A stretch of DNA of 40,785 bases from a virus (IMGVR_UViG_3300048854_000036:1-40785), one strand, 5' to 3'. Positions 24,855 to 33,561 are shown, counted from the first letter of the stretch. Made by a program: numbers and translations. The notes: generated by a model from the letters alone, not told the origin.

Positions 24855-24923
24855 TTTTGGGCCATACATGGCTTGACGGCTGAGTAAGTGCGGCCTAAGA
24901 TGTGGTGCATGGATGGCCCAAAA
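24855..24923 (+). promoter_or_regulatory. PL-type promoter TTGACG-17-TAAGAT (24873-24901) with flanking operators
   Basis: TGGGCC-N6-GGCTTG at 24858-24875 and TGGTGC-N6-GGCCCA at 24903-24920 match the OR palindrome; they form a 15/16 inverted repeat. Confidence 0.75.
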
Positions 24924-25095
24924 GCACATCCCGGATAGCCCGGCAACGTGAGTCGGGAATGTCTAGCCCGAACTGCAATCGGGCCGACCTAATGACCCAG
25001 CGAAATCCGAGCTGGCGAGGCGACAGAGCGGAGAAGCTTTACCTAGGCGCCCTACGAAAGGACGCCGAGTTAAGGCAACCACACACGGGGCAACC

Positions 25096-25785
25096 ATGCT
25101 TATCAAAATCCTTCACCGTTTCACCGCAGCCGTTCTGTTCGAACACGACGCCGAAGACAACTCGATGCGAGTGACACTTGAATTGGCATTGAAGAGCGAC
25201 GCGTACCTGAGCGGCGCGTACCTGAGCGACGCGTACCTGAGCGGCGCGTACCTGAGCGGCGCGGACCTGCGCGGCGCGGACCTGAGCGGCGCGGACCTGA
25301 GCGGCGCGGACCTGAGCGACGCGTACCTGAGCGGCGCGTACCTGAGCGGCGCGGACCTGCGCGGCGCGGACCTGAGCGGCGCGGACCTGCGCGGCGCGTA
25401 CCTGCGCGACGCGTACCTGAGCGGCGCGGACCTGCGCGGCGCGGACCTGAGGCCCATCAAAGCCGATTTCCTCGAAATCATCTCTCAGGCGCCCAAGGAA
25501 ATCCCGGCGCTGATTGCGGCCTTGAAAGAAGGTCGCGTCGATGGATCGACTTATTCCGGCGAATGCGCGTGCCTTGTCGGGACGATCGCAAATGCACGGG
25601 GCATGGATGTCAATTCCGATGAATTCAATATCTTGATGGACTCGCAGCGGCCCGCAGAGAGTTTCTTCATGGCGATTCGCAAAGGTGACACTCCTGAAAC
25701 GAATCCTGCATCCGCTCTCGCGCTGGAATGGGCCGAGAGCTTTTACAAGACGATGACCGAAGCATTCGGCGCGAGCGTCTTTTGA
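25096..25785 (+). CDS. Pentapeptide-repeat protein, 229 aa
   Basis: 17 A(Y/D)L(S/R)(G/D) units; C-terminal [20 protein letters not shown] domain. Confidence 0.9.
   Translation: MLIKILHRFTAAVLFEHDAEDNSMRVTLELALKSDAYLSGAYLSDAYLSGAYLSGADLRGADLSGADLSGADLSDAYLSGAYLSGADLRGADLSGADLRGAYLRDAYLSGADLRGADLRPIKADFLEIISQAPKEIPALIAALKEGRVDGSTYSGECACLVGTIANARGMDVNSDEFNILMDSQRPAESFFMAIRKGDTPETNPASALALEWAESFYKTMTEAFGASVF
25201..25455 (+). repeat. 17 x 15-bp tandem repeat GCG(T/G)ACCTG(A/C)GCG(G/A)C
   Basis: Read directly from the sequence; the last unit is degenerate. Confidence 0.95.
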
Positions 25786-25800
25786 TCGCAGGAGACCACC

Positions 25801-25926
25801 ATGAACCGGCTGCACAACTGGATTTACATCGGCGCGAACGCCTACGACGAGTACACGTTTGTGCCCTGGCTCAATCGTTCGGTATATCGGCGCACCGTCG
25901 ATCTCACCCGGGTGTGCCTGCAATGA
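25801..25926 (+). CDS. 41-aa hypothetical protein
   Basis: AGGAG SD; ATGA overlap with the next gene. Confidence 0.6.
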   Translation: MNRLHNWIYIGANAYDEYTFVPWLNRSVYRRTVDLTRVCLQ

Positions 25927-26048
25927 ACCGCCTCGTAGACAAATGTCCCGATCACGATTACCTGCTTCTGCGTGATCTTCCGGACGACGAAGAAGAAGCA
26001 GAAGACGACGACCATTCGGACGAGTGGTTCCAGCGACACGAGGATTGA
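25923..26048 (+). CDS. 41-aa highly acidic protein
   Basis: DLPDDEEEAEDDDHSDEW; translational coupling. Confidence 0.55.
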   Translation: MNRLVDKCPDHDYLLLRDLPDDEEEAEDDDHSDEWFQRHED

Positions 26049-26050
26049 CC

Positions 26051-26239
26051 ATGCAACTCTGCTTCGGCACGACGCCGACCACGCTTATTCCGACGTTTCT
26101 CACTGATGACTTTGGCGACGAACTTTGTGTCATTCCCGGCGAATGGTGCCGGGTCAATGACGACGAGTTCGAGCTGCGCATCGTCAACCACCACGCGTGG
26201 GATGTGCTCTGCGCGTCGGTCATGAGGATGGGGGACTAA
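26051..26239 (+). CDS. 62-aa acidic hypothetical protein
   Basis: GAGGA SD; contiguous operon. Confidence 0.6.
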   Translation: MQLCFGTTPTTLIPTFLTDDFGDELCVIPGEWCRVNDDEFELRIVNHHAWDVLCASVMRMGD

Positions 26240-26322
26240 TGCGCGCCGCAGCCTTCTACACCGCGACGTGCGCGTGCGCGGTTCTTATCACGGGTTTGAT
26301 CGTCACCATTATCAGGGGCTGA
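26239..26322 (+). CDS. 27-aa single-TM peptide
   Basis: TAATG overlap; fills the gap exactly. Confidence 0.45.
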   Translation: MRAAAFYTATCACAVLITGLIVTIIRG

Positions 26323-26324
26323 CC

Positions 26325-26501
26325 ATGTTCGATGCCTATACCGAGCAGCGCAAGGCGATGCTGAAGAAGCTTTACGAGTATGTCGATTCGCACGAGGAGC
26401 GCATCGCGCGCGCCAAGGAAGCGCTCGGCGACAAGTATCTGCTCGCGCCGTGCAATCGCGTGCAGCGCCGCGCAACGCCTTACGGGGAGCGCGCACGATG
26501 A
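26325..26501 (+). CDS. 58-aa hypothetical protein
   Basis: AGGGG SD; AKEALGDKYLLAP motif. Confidence 0.6.
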   Translation: MFDAYTEQRKAMLKKLYEYVDSHEERIARAKEALGDKYLLAPCNRVQRRATPYGERAR

Positions 26502-26899
26502 GCCGCTCCTACTCTCCGGGCCGTCGCCCGAACTCGAAGTCGCGCGAGCGTCAAGAAAAGATGCTTGACCTGCTCGAAGACCACGGGCCGATCACCGAAA
26601 TTCAACTCGGCGAGATGCTTCATGTGTCGGCGAACATCGTGAATCAGATGGTCTGGCTTGCGCACGAGCAGCACCGAGCGCACATCGCCGGACAGACGCT
26701 GAGCAAGATCCGCAGGAACTACGAGGTGAATTTGTGGGGCGCGGGTTGCAAGCCCGACGTGCTGAGCCCGCTGATGCAGAGAAGACTGCACAACAGGCTC
26801 AAGGGCATTGAGTTGGCCGGGTCTCGGAAGATCGTCTCGGAGATCAAGCCGTTTCGTGATCCCATGGTATGGGCGCTTTTTGGAGGTGCGACGGCATGA
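26498..26899 (+). CDS. Winged-HTH-like protein, 133 aa
   Basis: MLDLLEDHGPITEIQLGEMLHVS; C-terminal FRDP...ALFG. Confidence 0.6.
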   Translation: MSRSYSPGRRPNSKSRERQEKMLDLLEDHGPITEIQLGEMLHVSANIVNQMVWLAHEQHRAHIAGQTLSKIRRNYEVNLWGAGCKPDVLSPLMQRRLHNRLKGIELAGSRKIVSEIKPFRDPMVWALFGGATA

Positions 26900-27702
26900 A
26901 GCGCGAACCCGTAACCATCCGCGCATCCTCGTTCGGCAGTCTCTTCGACTGCCCCGCGCGCTGGATTGCAATTCACCTCGAAGGCAAGCGCACGCCGAGC
27001 AGTTCTAACGCGGCGCTCGGAACGGCTGTGCACAAAGGCACTGCGGTGTTCGACGAGAGCCGCTTACCGGGCTTCCAGCCGGTATCGGTCGACGACGCCA
27101 AGCAAGCCGCCTACGACGCCGCCACGCGGCCCGTTGATGAGGTTGATTGGGAAGACGGCAAGCCCGGCAAGGTCGCCGACATCGCCGTCTCCCTGACCGA
27201 GCGCTACTGCACGCTGTTCGCGCCCACGGTCGAATACGCGGCCGTCGAGATCAGCGTCGACTCGCTGCTGCTCACCGATCTGGACATCGTCCTGACGGGC
27301 CATACAGACCGCGTGCGGCGCATCGCCGACAGCTTCGGTATCTGCGATCTGAAGACCGGAAAGACCGCAGTCGGCACGGACGGAACCGCCAAGACTCACG
27401 GCCACGCCGCACAGATGGGCGTGTACGAGATCGTCGCGGAAACCGCGCTCGGCGTTCGCATGGATCTGCCGGCCGAGATCATCGGCTTGCAAACGAACCT
27501 GACGCCCGAAAAGCAGCGCATCGGCACCGGCGAGATCGAAGGCGCGCGTGAAGTGCTCGTCGGCAATGAAGAACACACGGGGCTGCTGAACGTGGCGGCG
27601 CAACTCGTGCACGGAGAGATCGCGCCGTGGGGAAACCCGAAATCGATGATGTGCCACAAGCGCTATTGCCCTAACTACCAAACCTGTTTCTGGAGGCGTT
27701 AA
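26896..27702 (+). CDS. PD-(D/E)XK (RecB/Cas4-like) exonuclease, 268 aa
   Basis: GTAVH, E...LTGHTD....ICDLKTG, Q...Y motifs; 1+3 Cys arrangement (DCP...C....C.....C). Confidence 0.85.
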   Translation: MKREPVTIRASSFGSLFDCPARWIAIHLEGKRTPSSSNAALGTAVHKGTAVFDESRLPGFQPVSVDDAKQAAYDAATRPVDEVDWEDGKPGKVADIAVSLTERYCTLFAPTVEYAAVEISVDSLLLTDLDIVLTGHTDRVRRIADSFGICDLKTGKTAVGTDGTAKTHGHAAQMGVYEIVAETALGVRMDLPAEIIGLQTNLTPEKQRIGTGEIEGAREVLVGNEEHTGLLNVAAQLVHGEIAPWGNPKSMMCHKRYCPNYQTCFWRR

Positions 27703-27706
27703 ACCC

Positions 27707-28594
27707 ATGCAAGCCACTTCCACCGTCACCGCTCTGCAACAAGCCGCGCAGCCTCGCGAGGCCAGCATGCCGGTCGTGCGTGCGAGTTTCTTCGACCTGC
27801 AGGGCTTCGAGCTTATGCAGCGCGTCTCGAAAGCGTTCGCCGCGTCGACGCTCGTCCCCAAGGAATACCAGGGGAACATCTCGAACTGCATGATCGCGCT
27901 GAACCTCGCCGAGCGGCTGAAGGCTGACGCGCTGATGGTGATGCAGAACCTCTACATCGTGCACGGTCGGCCGGGCTGGAGCGCGCAGTTCCTGATCGCG
28001 ACGTTCAATCAATGCGGTCGGTTCTCCGCGCTCCGCTATGAGTTCTTCGGTAAACAAGGCACCGACGATTGGGGCTGCCGCGCGTGGGCCATCGAGAAAG
28101 ACACCGGCGAGAAGATCATCGGCGCAGACATCACGATCGCGCTCGCGAAGAAGGAAGGCTGGTACGGCAAGAGCGGCAGCAAGTGGCAATCGATGCCGCA
28201 GCAGATGCTGATGTATCGCTCCGCGGCGTGGCTGGTGCGTGCGTATGCCCCGGAAATCGCGATGGGCCTGCCGACCGCAGACGAGCTCGCAGATGTGGTC
28301 GATGTGCACTCGGACGGCTCGTACACGATCAGCACGCAGGAACTGCGCGGCGCTGAAGCGGCGACGCAGCCCGCGGAAGTCGTCGACCAGTCCACCGGTG
28401 AGATCACCGACCAGCGCGCGCAGCAGGGGGAAATGACGGTGGACTACAACGACCTGCTGACCCAGATGGGGAAAGCGAAGGACGTCGAGACGCTCTCGAT
28501 GGTGCTCGACAGCGGGCGCGACCTGTCGGAGTTCGACCGAGCCAAGCTGCAGCAGGCTTTCGAAGACCGCCGTGAAGTACTGCTCGGCGCCTAA
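27707..28594 (+). CDS. RecT-like single-strand annealing protein, 295 aa
   Basis: VP..YQG...NC.IA, MQNLYIVHGRP, W.SMP.QML.YR......R.YAPE..MG; paired with the exonuclease. Confidence 0.8.
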   Translation: MQATSTVTALQQAAQPREASMPVVRASFFDLQGFELMQRVSKAFAASTLVPKEYQGNISNCMIALNLAERLKADALMVMQNLYIVHGRPGWSAQFLIATFNQCGRFSALRYEFFGKQGTDDWGCRAWAIEKDTGEKIIGADITIALAKKEGWYGKSGSKWQSMPQQMLMYRSAAWLVRAYAPEIAMGLPTADELADVVDVHSDGSYTISTQELRGAEAATQPAEVVDQSTGEITDQRAQQGEMTVDYNDLLTQMGKAKDVETLSMVLDSGRDLSEFDRAKLQQAFEDRREVLLGA

Positions 28595-28618
28595 CCCATC
28601 CCCCACCCCGGAGAACCC

Positions 28619-29203
28619 ATGTTCCAAGTAAAAGACCAACTGGCGAAGATTGTTTCGTGCACGAACGTGAGCGAGAAGCACGGTAAAGATCGCGTGCCGG
28701 CGCTCTCGATCGGCTGGTATCTCGTGATGCCGAGCAAGACGCTCGACCAGTTCGACACCGCGCTGCGCCCGATGCTCTATCGCAAGCCGCAGCCCTCGCC
28801 CGGCGAGTTGCCGCTCGAAACCGACGACCTCACCGAGTTGCGCTTCCCCTTCATGCGCAACCTTGCATGGGATCGCAAATACGCCGGCTATCTGCTGCGT
28901 ATCCACATCGGTGCGACAGGATCAGAAGACGTGCTGCTCGCCGAGTGCGGCTTGAAAGACGTTCGCTTCGTTGCTCAGGAAGGCGGAAGCGTCGGCATCG
29001 GATTCAAGATCACCGCCCATCCGAAGGACGAGGTCGATCACGGCAAGGTCGCGACGCGGCTGCAGCAGGAAATGATCATCACGCTTTCGCCGCCCGACAA
29101 GGTGCCGGATCTGTTCGACGGCGAGAACGACGCGCAGGACGATGAGCGCGACCCCTTCGAAAATTCCGACCTTGCGCAAGATGACACGCGCATCGACGCA
29201 TAA
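28619..29203 (+). CDS. Hypothetical protein with acidic tail, 194 aa
   Basis: GGAG SD; NV.EKHG...VPA motif; acidic C-terminus. Confidence 0.7.
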   Translation: MFQVKDQLAKIVSCTNVSEKHGKDRVPALSIGWYLVMPSKTLDQFDTALRPMLYRKPQPSPGELPLETDDLTELRFPFMRNLAWDRKYAGYLLRIHIGATGSEDVLLAECGLKDVRFVAQEGGSVGIGFKITAHPKDEVDHGKVATRLQQEMIITLSPPDKVPDLFDGENDAQDDERDPFENSDLAQDDTRIDA

Positions 29204-29212
29204 CGACCATCC

Positions 29213-29239
29213 CCGGCGCCGCGAGCGCCGGTTTTCTTT
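29213..29239 (+). terminator. Intrinsic terminator inside the early-left operon
   Basis: CCGGCGC-CGCGA-GCGCCGG followed by TTTTCTTT. Confidence 0.7.
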
Positions 29240-29249
29240 CGAGGACAGC

Positions 29250-29939
29250 ATGAAAGAACGCCCTATCCTGTTCAGCGGCGCGATGGTGCGCGCGCTGCTC
29301 GATGGCCGTAAGACGCAGACGCGGCGGGTTATTAAAGACCAGAAGATTGGCGAGAACTATTCGCACACGCTGACTGATGGCCGCGTTCATCTCGAATGGC
29401 TCGGCACTCCGTCCTGCGGCGCCGGCGTATGGGACGTGCCCGAACACAGCTCGCAGGTCGCGAGCCCGTATGGCGTGATCGGCGATCGTCTGTGGGTGCG
29501 CGAAGCATGGCGCGTGGGCAAACCTCACGACGAGACGCCGCCGCGTGACATTCTGCCGCCGCTGATCGAGCGCGGTCAGGGTGTGACTGTCCTATATGAA
29601 GCGGGAGGTTGGCGAAGCATTGGACCGGATGGCCGAGTTGAGCCCACCTATCCGGACAACGAACTCATGCCGAACTGGGCAGGAAAACGGCGCCCAAGCA
29701 TGTTCATGCCGCGTGCTCTCTCTCGCATCACGCTCGAAGTGACCGGCGTGCGCGTCGAGCGCCTGCAGGACATTAGCGAGCAGGATGCGACGGTGGAAGG
29801 CGTAAGCATCGAAGCGGATGGCGATCCGATCTACCCCTACACCTATGCGTTCGCGAAGCTGTGGGAGCAATTGAACGGAAAGGGATCGTGGCTCGCTGAC
29901 CCTTGGGTCTGGGTCGTCGAATTCCGGCGCGTCCAATGA
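29250..29939 (+). CDS. Conserved phage protein, ASCH/PUA-like, 229 aa
   Basis: MKERPILFS..MVRALLDGRKTQTRR, GDRLWVRE, PS.FMPR..SRITLEV..VRVERLQDI, PWVWVVEF. Confidence 0.8.
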   Translation: MKERPILFSGAMVRALLDGRKTQTRRVIKDQKIGENYSHTLTDGRVHLEWLGTPSCGAGVWDVPEHSSQVASPYGVIGDRLWVREAWRVGKPHDETPPRDILPPLIERGQGVTVLYEAGGWRSIGPDGRVEPTYPDNELMPNWAGKRRPSMFMPRALSRITLEVTGVRVERLQDISEQDATVEGVSIEADGDPIYPYTYAFAKLWEQLNGKGSWLADPWVWVVEFRRVQ

Positions 29940-30160
29940 TCCGCCTAGCCCGCCCCTACCTCGCGCTGCTCGACGCACTAGATGCAATGGGCCGCGCGAA
30001 CAAAGCCACAGACGCGCTCGTCCATCGCGCATGTTCGACATTCGCGACGATGGTCGCTGAGATCACCGGCGAGCGTTGCGTGATCCTGATTGGCGAAACA
30101 CCTATTGCGAGAACACATGGAACCCACCATCAAAGACGTGATCGCGGGATTGCGGGCTGA
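29936..30160 (+). CDS. 74-aa hypothetical protein
   Basis: ATGA overlap with the upstream gene. Confidence 0.55.
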   Translation: MIRLARPYLALLDALDAMGRANKATDALVHRACSTFATMVAEITGERCVILIGETPIARTHGTHHQRRDRGIAG

Positions 30161-30384
30161 GGCAAAGCACTTCCGCGAACTAGCCGCAGGAAAGCGACAA
30201 CTGATACGCGAACTGAAAGCTCGGCCGATCGGAAGCAAAGACCCTATCGGCGTCCTGAAGGCACAGGGTCGACTGAGCGAATACGTCAAGGCAGCGCAGG
30301 ACCGCGATGCGCGCGTCGCTGAGCTTCGCCTGCGTCTCGGTCAGAAACCTAAAGACTGACGGTTGCGAAACACCTATTGCGAGA
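30093..30384 (+). repeat. 20-bp exact direct repeat GCGAAACACCTATTGCGAGA (30093-30112, 30365-30384)
   Basis: Read directly; each copy lies 4-5 nt before an ATG. Confidence 0.9.
30117..30359 (+). CDS. 80-aa basic helical protein
   Basis: Bracketed by the 20-bp repeats. Confidence 0.6.
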   Translation: MEPTIKDVIAGLRAEAKHFRELAAGKRQLIRELKARPIGSKDPIGVLKAQGRLSEYVKAAQDRDARVAELRLRLGQKPKD

Positions 30385-30389
30385 GAGAA

Positions 30390-30665
30390 ATGAGCGCTCA
30401 GTTCGATCCCGACTTTTACGACCACTACAAACAGCCGAGCATCATCTGCCCGCATTGCCGCCACGAAATGACGGACGACGAGATGAGGGCCAACCACTAC
30501 GCGGAAGGCAGCGATGGCGACGACCTGTGGGCGCTCGCGCCGAAAGAGCGCCGCACGAAGGTGGTTTGCCCTTCCGTGCTCTGCGGCGAGCCGTTCTATG
30601 TGCAAGGCGGATACACGCCGACATACACCACGGCCGCCACCGAAGACGAACTCGACTCGCTCTGA
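30390..30665 (+). CDS. Zinc-ribbon protein, 91 aa
   Basis: CPHC ... CPSVLC, F.V motif. Confidence 0.7.
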   Translation: MSAQFDPDFYDHYKQPSIICPHCRHEMTDDEMRANHYAEGSDGDDLWALAPKERRTKVVCPSVLCGEPFYVQGGYTPTYTTAATEDELDSL

Positions 30666-30674
30666 GAGGAAAGC

Positions 30675-31178
30675 ATGAGCAGATTGCCAAATTTGCCGAC
30701 ACCAATTGCCACGCTGAACGGTGTTGGCGTGTTCACAGAACACCAGATGCAGGGATATGCGAACGCCGCGCTTTATGAGGCGAATGTGTTGCACGAAGGC
30801 GCAGAGGCTGTCGAAAGCTTCCTTGCCGAGGTCCGCGCCGAATTGTTGCGCGCCCGAGCCAAGTTTCCCGGCGATCGAATCATGACGATTGCGCTTGCCG
30901 AAGAGTTCGGCGAACTGTGCAAGGCCGTGCTCGATGAGCCTGCGGCCAACGTGCGCAAGGAAGCGATCCAGACGGCCGTTATGTGCGCGCGCGTCGTTCT
31001 GGATGGCGACGGGTCGGTGAACGAATGGCGCGCTCAGAAGGGCCTGGACCCTCTCACCTCGCCAAGCGCGTGCCTCTCGTGCAAAGGGCGCGGATGGTTC
31101 ACGAATCGCGACCTAGAGAACGAATGGCAGCAGGAATGTTACTCGTGCAACGGCACCGGAAAGGCTACCACCGCCTAA
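30675..31178 (+). CDS. MazG-like NTP pyrophosphohydrolase domain plus CxxCxGxG zinc finger, 167 aa
   Basis: ALAEEFGELCKA...RKEAIQTA; CLSCKGRG and CYSCNGTG. Confidence 0.7.
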   Translation: MSRLPNLPTPIATLNGVGVFTEHQMQGYANAALYEANVLHEGAEAVESFLAEVRAELLRARAKFPGDRIMTIALAEEFGELCKAVLDEPAANVRKEAIQTAVMCARVVLDGDGSVNEWRAQKGLDPLTSPSACLSCKGRGWFTNRDLENEWQQECYSCNGTGKATTA

Positions 31179-31219
31179 CCCGCTGCCTCTCCGCAGCGAC
31201 AACGATTAGAGGATTGATT

Positions 31220-31693
31220 GTGACTGACGAACAAGCATGGGAAGCGTATCTGAACGAGCAGAAGCTAATCCTCGGGCTGCCGGGCCTGATGGCGAAACCG
31301 AGTTTCATCGCGGGCTATCGCGCCGCTCTCGCATCCTCCGCGAGCGACAAGCAAGAGGCGGTGGCAACGACCGACGAGCAGAGAGACGCTATCAAGTGGG
31401 CGCTGAACCACATGAGACTTGAACTTCGGACAGGCAAGTACGCCGATATTCTGCGGGGCATCCTCGCCGCCCCTCCCGCCAATCCGAGCGACAAGCAAGA
31501 GGCGGTAGCGCTTTGGGCCGCATTCGATTGGCAAGGCATTTTGCTGGCGCACTCGAAGGTCCGTCCCGGCCTAAGCGACGTTTTGAAGTGGGAGCCGCTT
31601 TACCATGCCCCTCTCACCCAGTCCGCAGAGCAAGACAGGATTGATGCGGAGCGTATCCGCCAAGCAAAAGCAAGACAAGGAGAGCAGCCGTGA
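31220..31693 (+). CDS. Mosaic Ead/Ea22-like early protein, 157 aa (GTG start)
   Basis: AGAGGA SD; repeated SDKQEAVA linker; PLY..P motif. Confidence 0.6.
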   Translation: MTDEQAWEAYLNEQKLILGLPGLMAKPSFIAGYRAALASSASDKQEAVATTDEQRDAIKWALNHMRLELRTGKYADILRGILAAPPANPSDKQEAVALWAAFDWQGILLAHSKVRPGLSDVLKWEPLYHAPLTQSAEQDRIDAERIRQAKARQGEQP

Positions 31694-31992
31694 CTGAACA
31701 CTTTCTGCCGATGGATCATGTTCGCCTCCGATCGACCGGCGAAGACCTTTACGTCAACAGCGCGCATTACGTTTGCATGAAGTCTGGTAAGCCACGCCAG
31801 ATGTTCAGTGTATGCCGGACGCTCAAACCCGGCGAAGAACATCCCGGCACCCTGTATTACGCCGACGAGTGCGACCTGATTCACCGCCACGACTACAAAC
31901 CGTACAAGGGAATCAGTCGTTGTGATTGCGGCGAGGTGTACACGACGATGGCCGATCTCATGAAGCCACGAGGGGATGTCACATGGAATTGA
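31690..31992 (+). CDS. 100-aa hypothetical protein
   Basis: AGGAG SD; GTGA overlap. Confidence 0.6.
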   Translation: MTEHFLPMDHVRLRSTGEDLYVNSAHYVCMKSGKPRQMFSVCRTLKPGEEHPGTLYYADECDLIHRHDYKPYKGISRCDCGEVYTTMADLMKPRGDVTWN

Positions 31993-32180
31993 CCCCCACC
32001 CTCGCCCAGCGCATCGAGCATCAAATCGACGCGGCGATCTTCTCGCTGGAGGCGATCCCGGAGCGCACGGCCGGTCAGCCGGAATACGCACAGCAGAACA
32101 TTACGCGGCGCCAGACGCTCGACGCATACCGCTATGTCGAGTTCGCGCATTGGCTGCTGATTCGGGAGACGCAGCCGTGA
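31983..32180 (+). CDS. 65-aa hypothetical protein
   Basis: GAGGGG SD. Confidence 0.55.
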   Translation: MELTPTLAQRIEHQIDAAIFSLEAIPERTAGQPEYAQQNITRRQTLDAYRYVEFAHWLLIRETQP

Positions 32181-32272
32181 AGCGACACCGAATCCTCACC
32201 GCCCTCGCCCTTTCCCCGAGCGCCATGACCATCGGCTATGCGATGTGGTATGCGCTGGCTTTGCATCATTGA
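32177..32272 (+). CDS. 31-aa hydrophobic peptide
   Basis: GGGAG SD; GTGA overlap. Confidence 0.4.
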   Translation: MKRHRILTALALSPSAMTIGYAMWYALALHH

Positions 32273-32281
32273 GAGAACATC

Positions 32282-32482
32282 ATGCCCCGACTGATACCCC
32301 TTTCCGAATGGGCCGTCGAAGTCTTCGGCGAGCACAAGCCGCACGTCAACACGCTGCACCGTTGGGTGCATGATGGGCGCATCCAGCCTCAGCCGAAGAA
32401 GGTCGGCAATCGGTTCTTCGTCGATCCGAAAGCCGAATACGTCGAGGCCGAAGAAGAAAGCTTGCTCGCGAGGACAGTGTGA
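32282..32482 (+). CDS. xis: Excisionase, 66 aa
   Basis: L.EWA...F...P..NTL.RW...GRI.P.P.KVG....V...AEY lambda-Xis-like pattern; overlaps the int start. Confidence 0.85.
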   Translation: MPRLIPLSEWAVEVFGEHKPHVNTLHRWVHDGRIQPQPKKVGNRFFVDPKAEYVEAEEESLLARTV

Positions 32483-33561
32483 ACGCACGCAGACGACAGG
32501 CAAACCGGCGCAATTGGCCGGCGAACCTTTACCAGAACGCCGACGGATATTTCTGGTTCCGAAACCCGGTGACGAAGAAGACGGCCGGCTGCGGCACCGA
32601 TCTGCAGAAAGCCATCAAGATGGTCAAGGCGGCAAACCTTGGGCTCGAGAAACTGAAGGCCGAGCGCGATCTTCTGGCCGCCACGTCGGACGGCCTTGTA
32701 ACGCTGGCGTCGCATTGCGATGCCTACGAGAAGGAGTTCGCCGTCGGCAAGACGAACACCATTAAAGCGATCAAGTCGCAACTGAACGCGATCCGGAAAT
32801 CGGAAAGCTCGAAGAAGGCGATCGATCAGTTCACACCGAAGGATGCGGCAGACCTGATCAAAGAGGCCGTCGAGAATCGCGGCGCGACGATGGCGCAGGC
32901 GATCCGTCGACGCCTGAAGGACGTTTATCGCGATGCCATTCTGCACGGCCTCGTGAAGGATAACCCGGTCGATGTCGTGCTCAACCCAAAGACGGTCGTC
33001 ACGCGCGCGCGCATGAGCGAGTCCGACTTCTGGGCCATCTTCGAAAAGGCCGAGGACCGGTGGCTAAAGAATGCCATGTTGCTCGCGCTGCTAACCGGTC
33101 AGCGGAAGAACGACATTCTGAGGATGAAGTTCGAAGATGCAAAGGACGGTTACCTGTGGGTCGACCAGCAGAAGACCGGCGCAAAGATCAAGATCGAGTT
33201 GACCGTCGCGCTCGGGCCGCACGCCCTGCAGAATGTCATCGCGCAGTGCCGCGACAAGGCTGTGAGCAGATACCTCGTTCACTTCCCGGCTGAAACCTAC
33301 CAGCACAAGCGCGGCGCAAAGGTCGGAGAGGGATCGCTAGAAGTCGCGTTCCGTCGCGCGCGCGAGAAGGCGGATCTGATCTATCCCGATGGCGCAACGC
33401 CTACGACGTTTCACGAGATCAGGTCATTGGCCGCCCGGCTGCATGCGAAAGCGCGCAATTCGGAGTTTGCCCAGGCGCTTCTCGGGCACAGTTCGGCGGG
33501 CATGACGGAGCTTTACAAGGACGTTCGCGGGCAGCAATGGGTCGAAGTCAAGGCAGGCTGA
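32479..33561 (+). CDS. int: Tyrosine integrase, lambda-Int type with arm-binding N-domain, 360 aa
   Basis: TGQR, QQKTG, FHEIRSL, LLGH, TELY catalytic residues; P.NLY....GYF.FRNP.T arm-binding motif. Confidence 0.95.
   Translation: MNARRRQANRRNWPANLYQNADGYFWFRNPVTKKTAGCGTDLQKAIKMVKAANLGLEKLKAERDLLAATSDGLVTLASHCDAYEKEFAVGKTNTIKAIKSQLNAIRKSESSKKAIDQFTPKDAADLIKEAVENRGATMAQAIRRRLKDVYRDAILHGLVKDNPVDVVLNPKTVVTRARMSESDFWAIFEKAEDRWLKNAMLLALLTGQRKNDILRMKFEDAKDGYLWVDQQKTGAKIKIELTVALGPHALQNVIAQCRDKAVSRYLVHFPAETYQHKRGAKVGEGSLEVAFRRAREKADLIYPDGATPTTFHEIRSLAARLHAKARNSEFAQALLGHSSAGMTELYKDVRGQQWVEVKAG

Noticed and set aside
24902-25174. 90-aa ORF across the PL leader
   Set aside because: It starts within the promoter, has no SD and overlaps the pentapeptide gene out of frame
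25201-25455. CRISPR array or DGR template/variable repeat
   Set aside because: Contiguous in-frame 15-bp coding repeats with no spacers; no cas operon or reverse transcriptase in the genome, despite the BPP-1-like architecture
26896-27702. Cas4 as part of a CRISPR system
   Set aside because: It is paired with a RecT-like gene and there is no array, so it is best read as a recombination exonuclease
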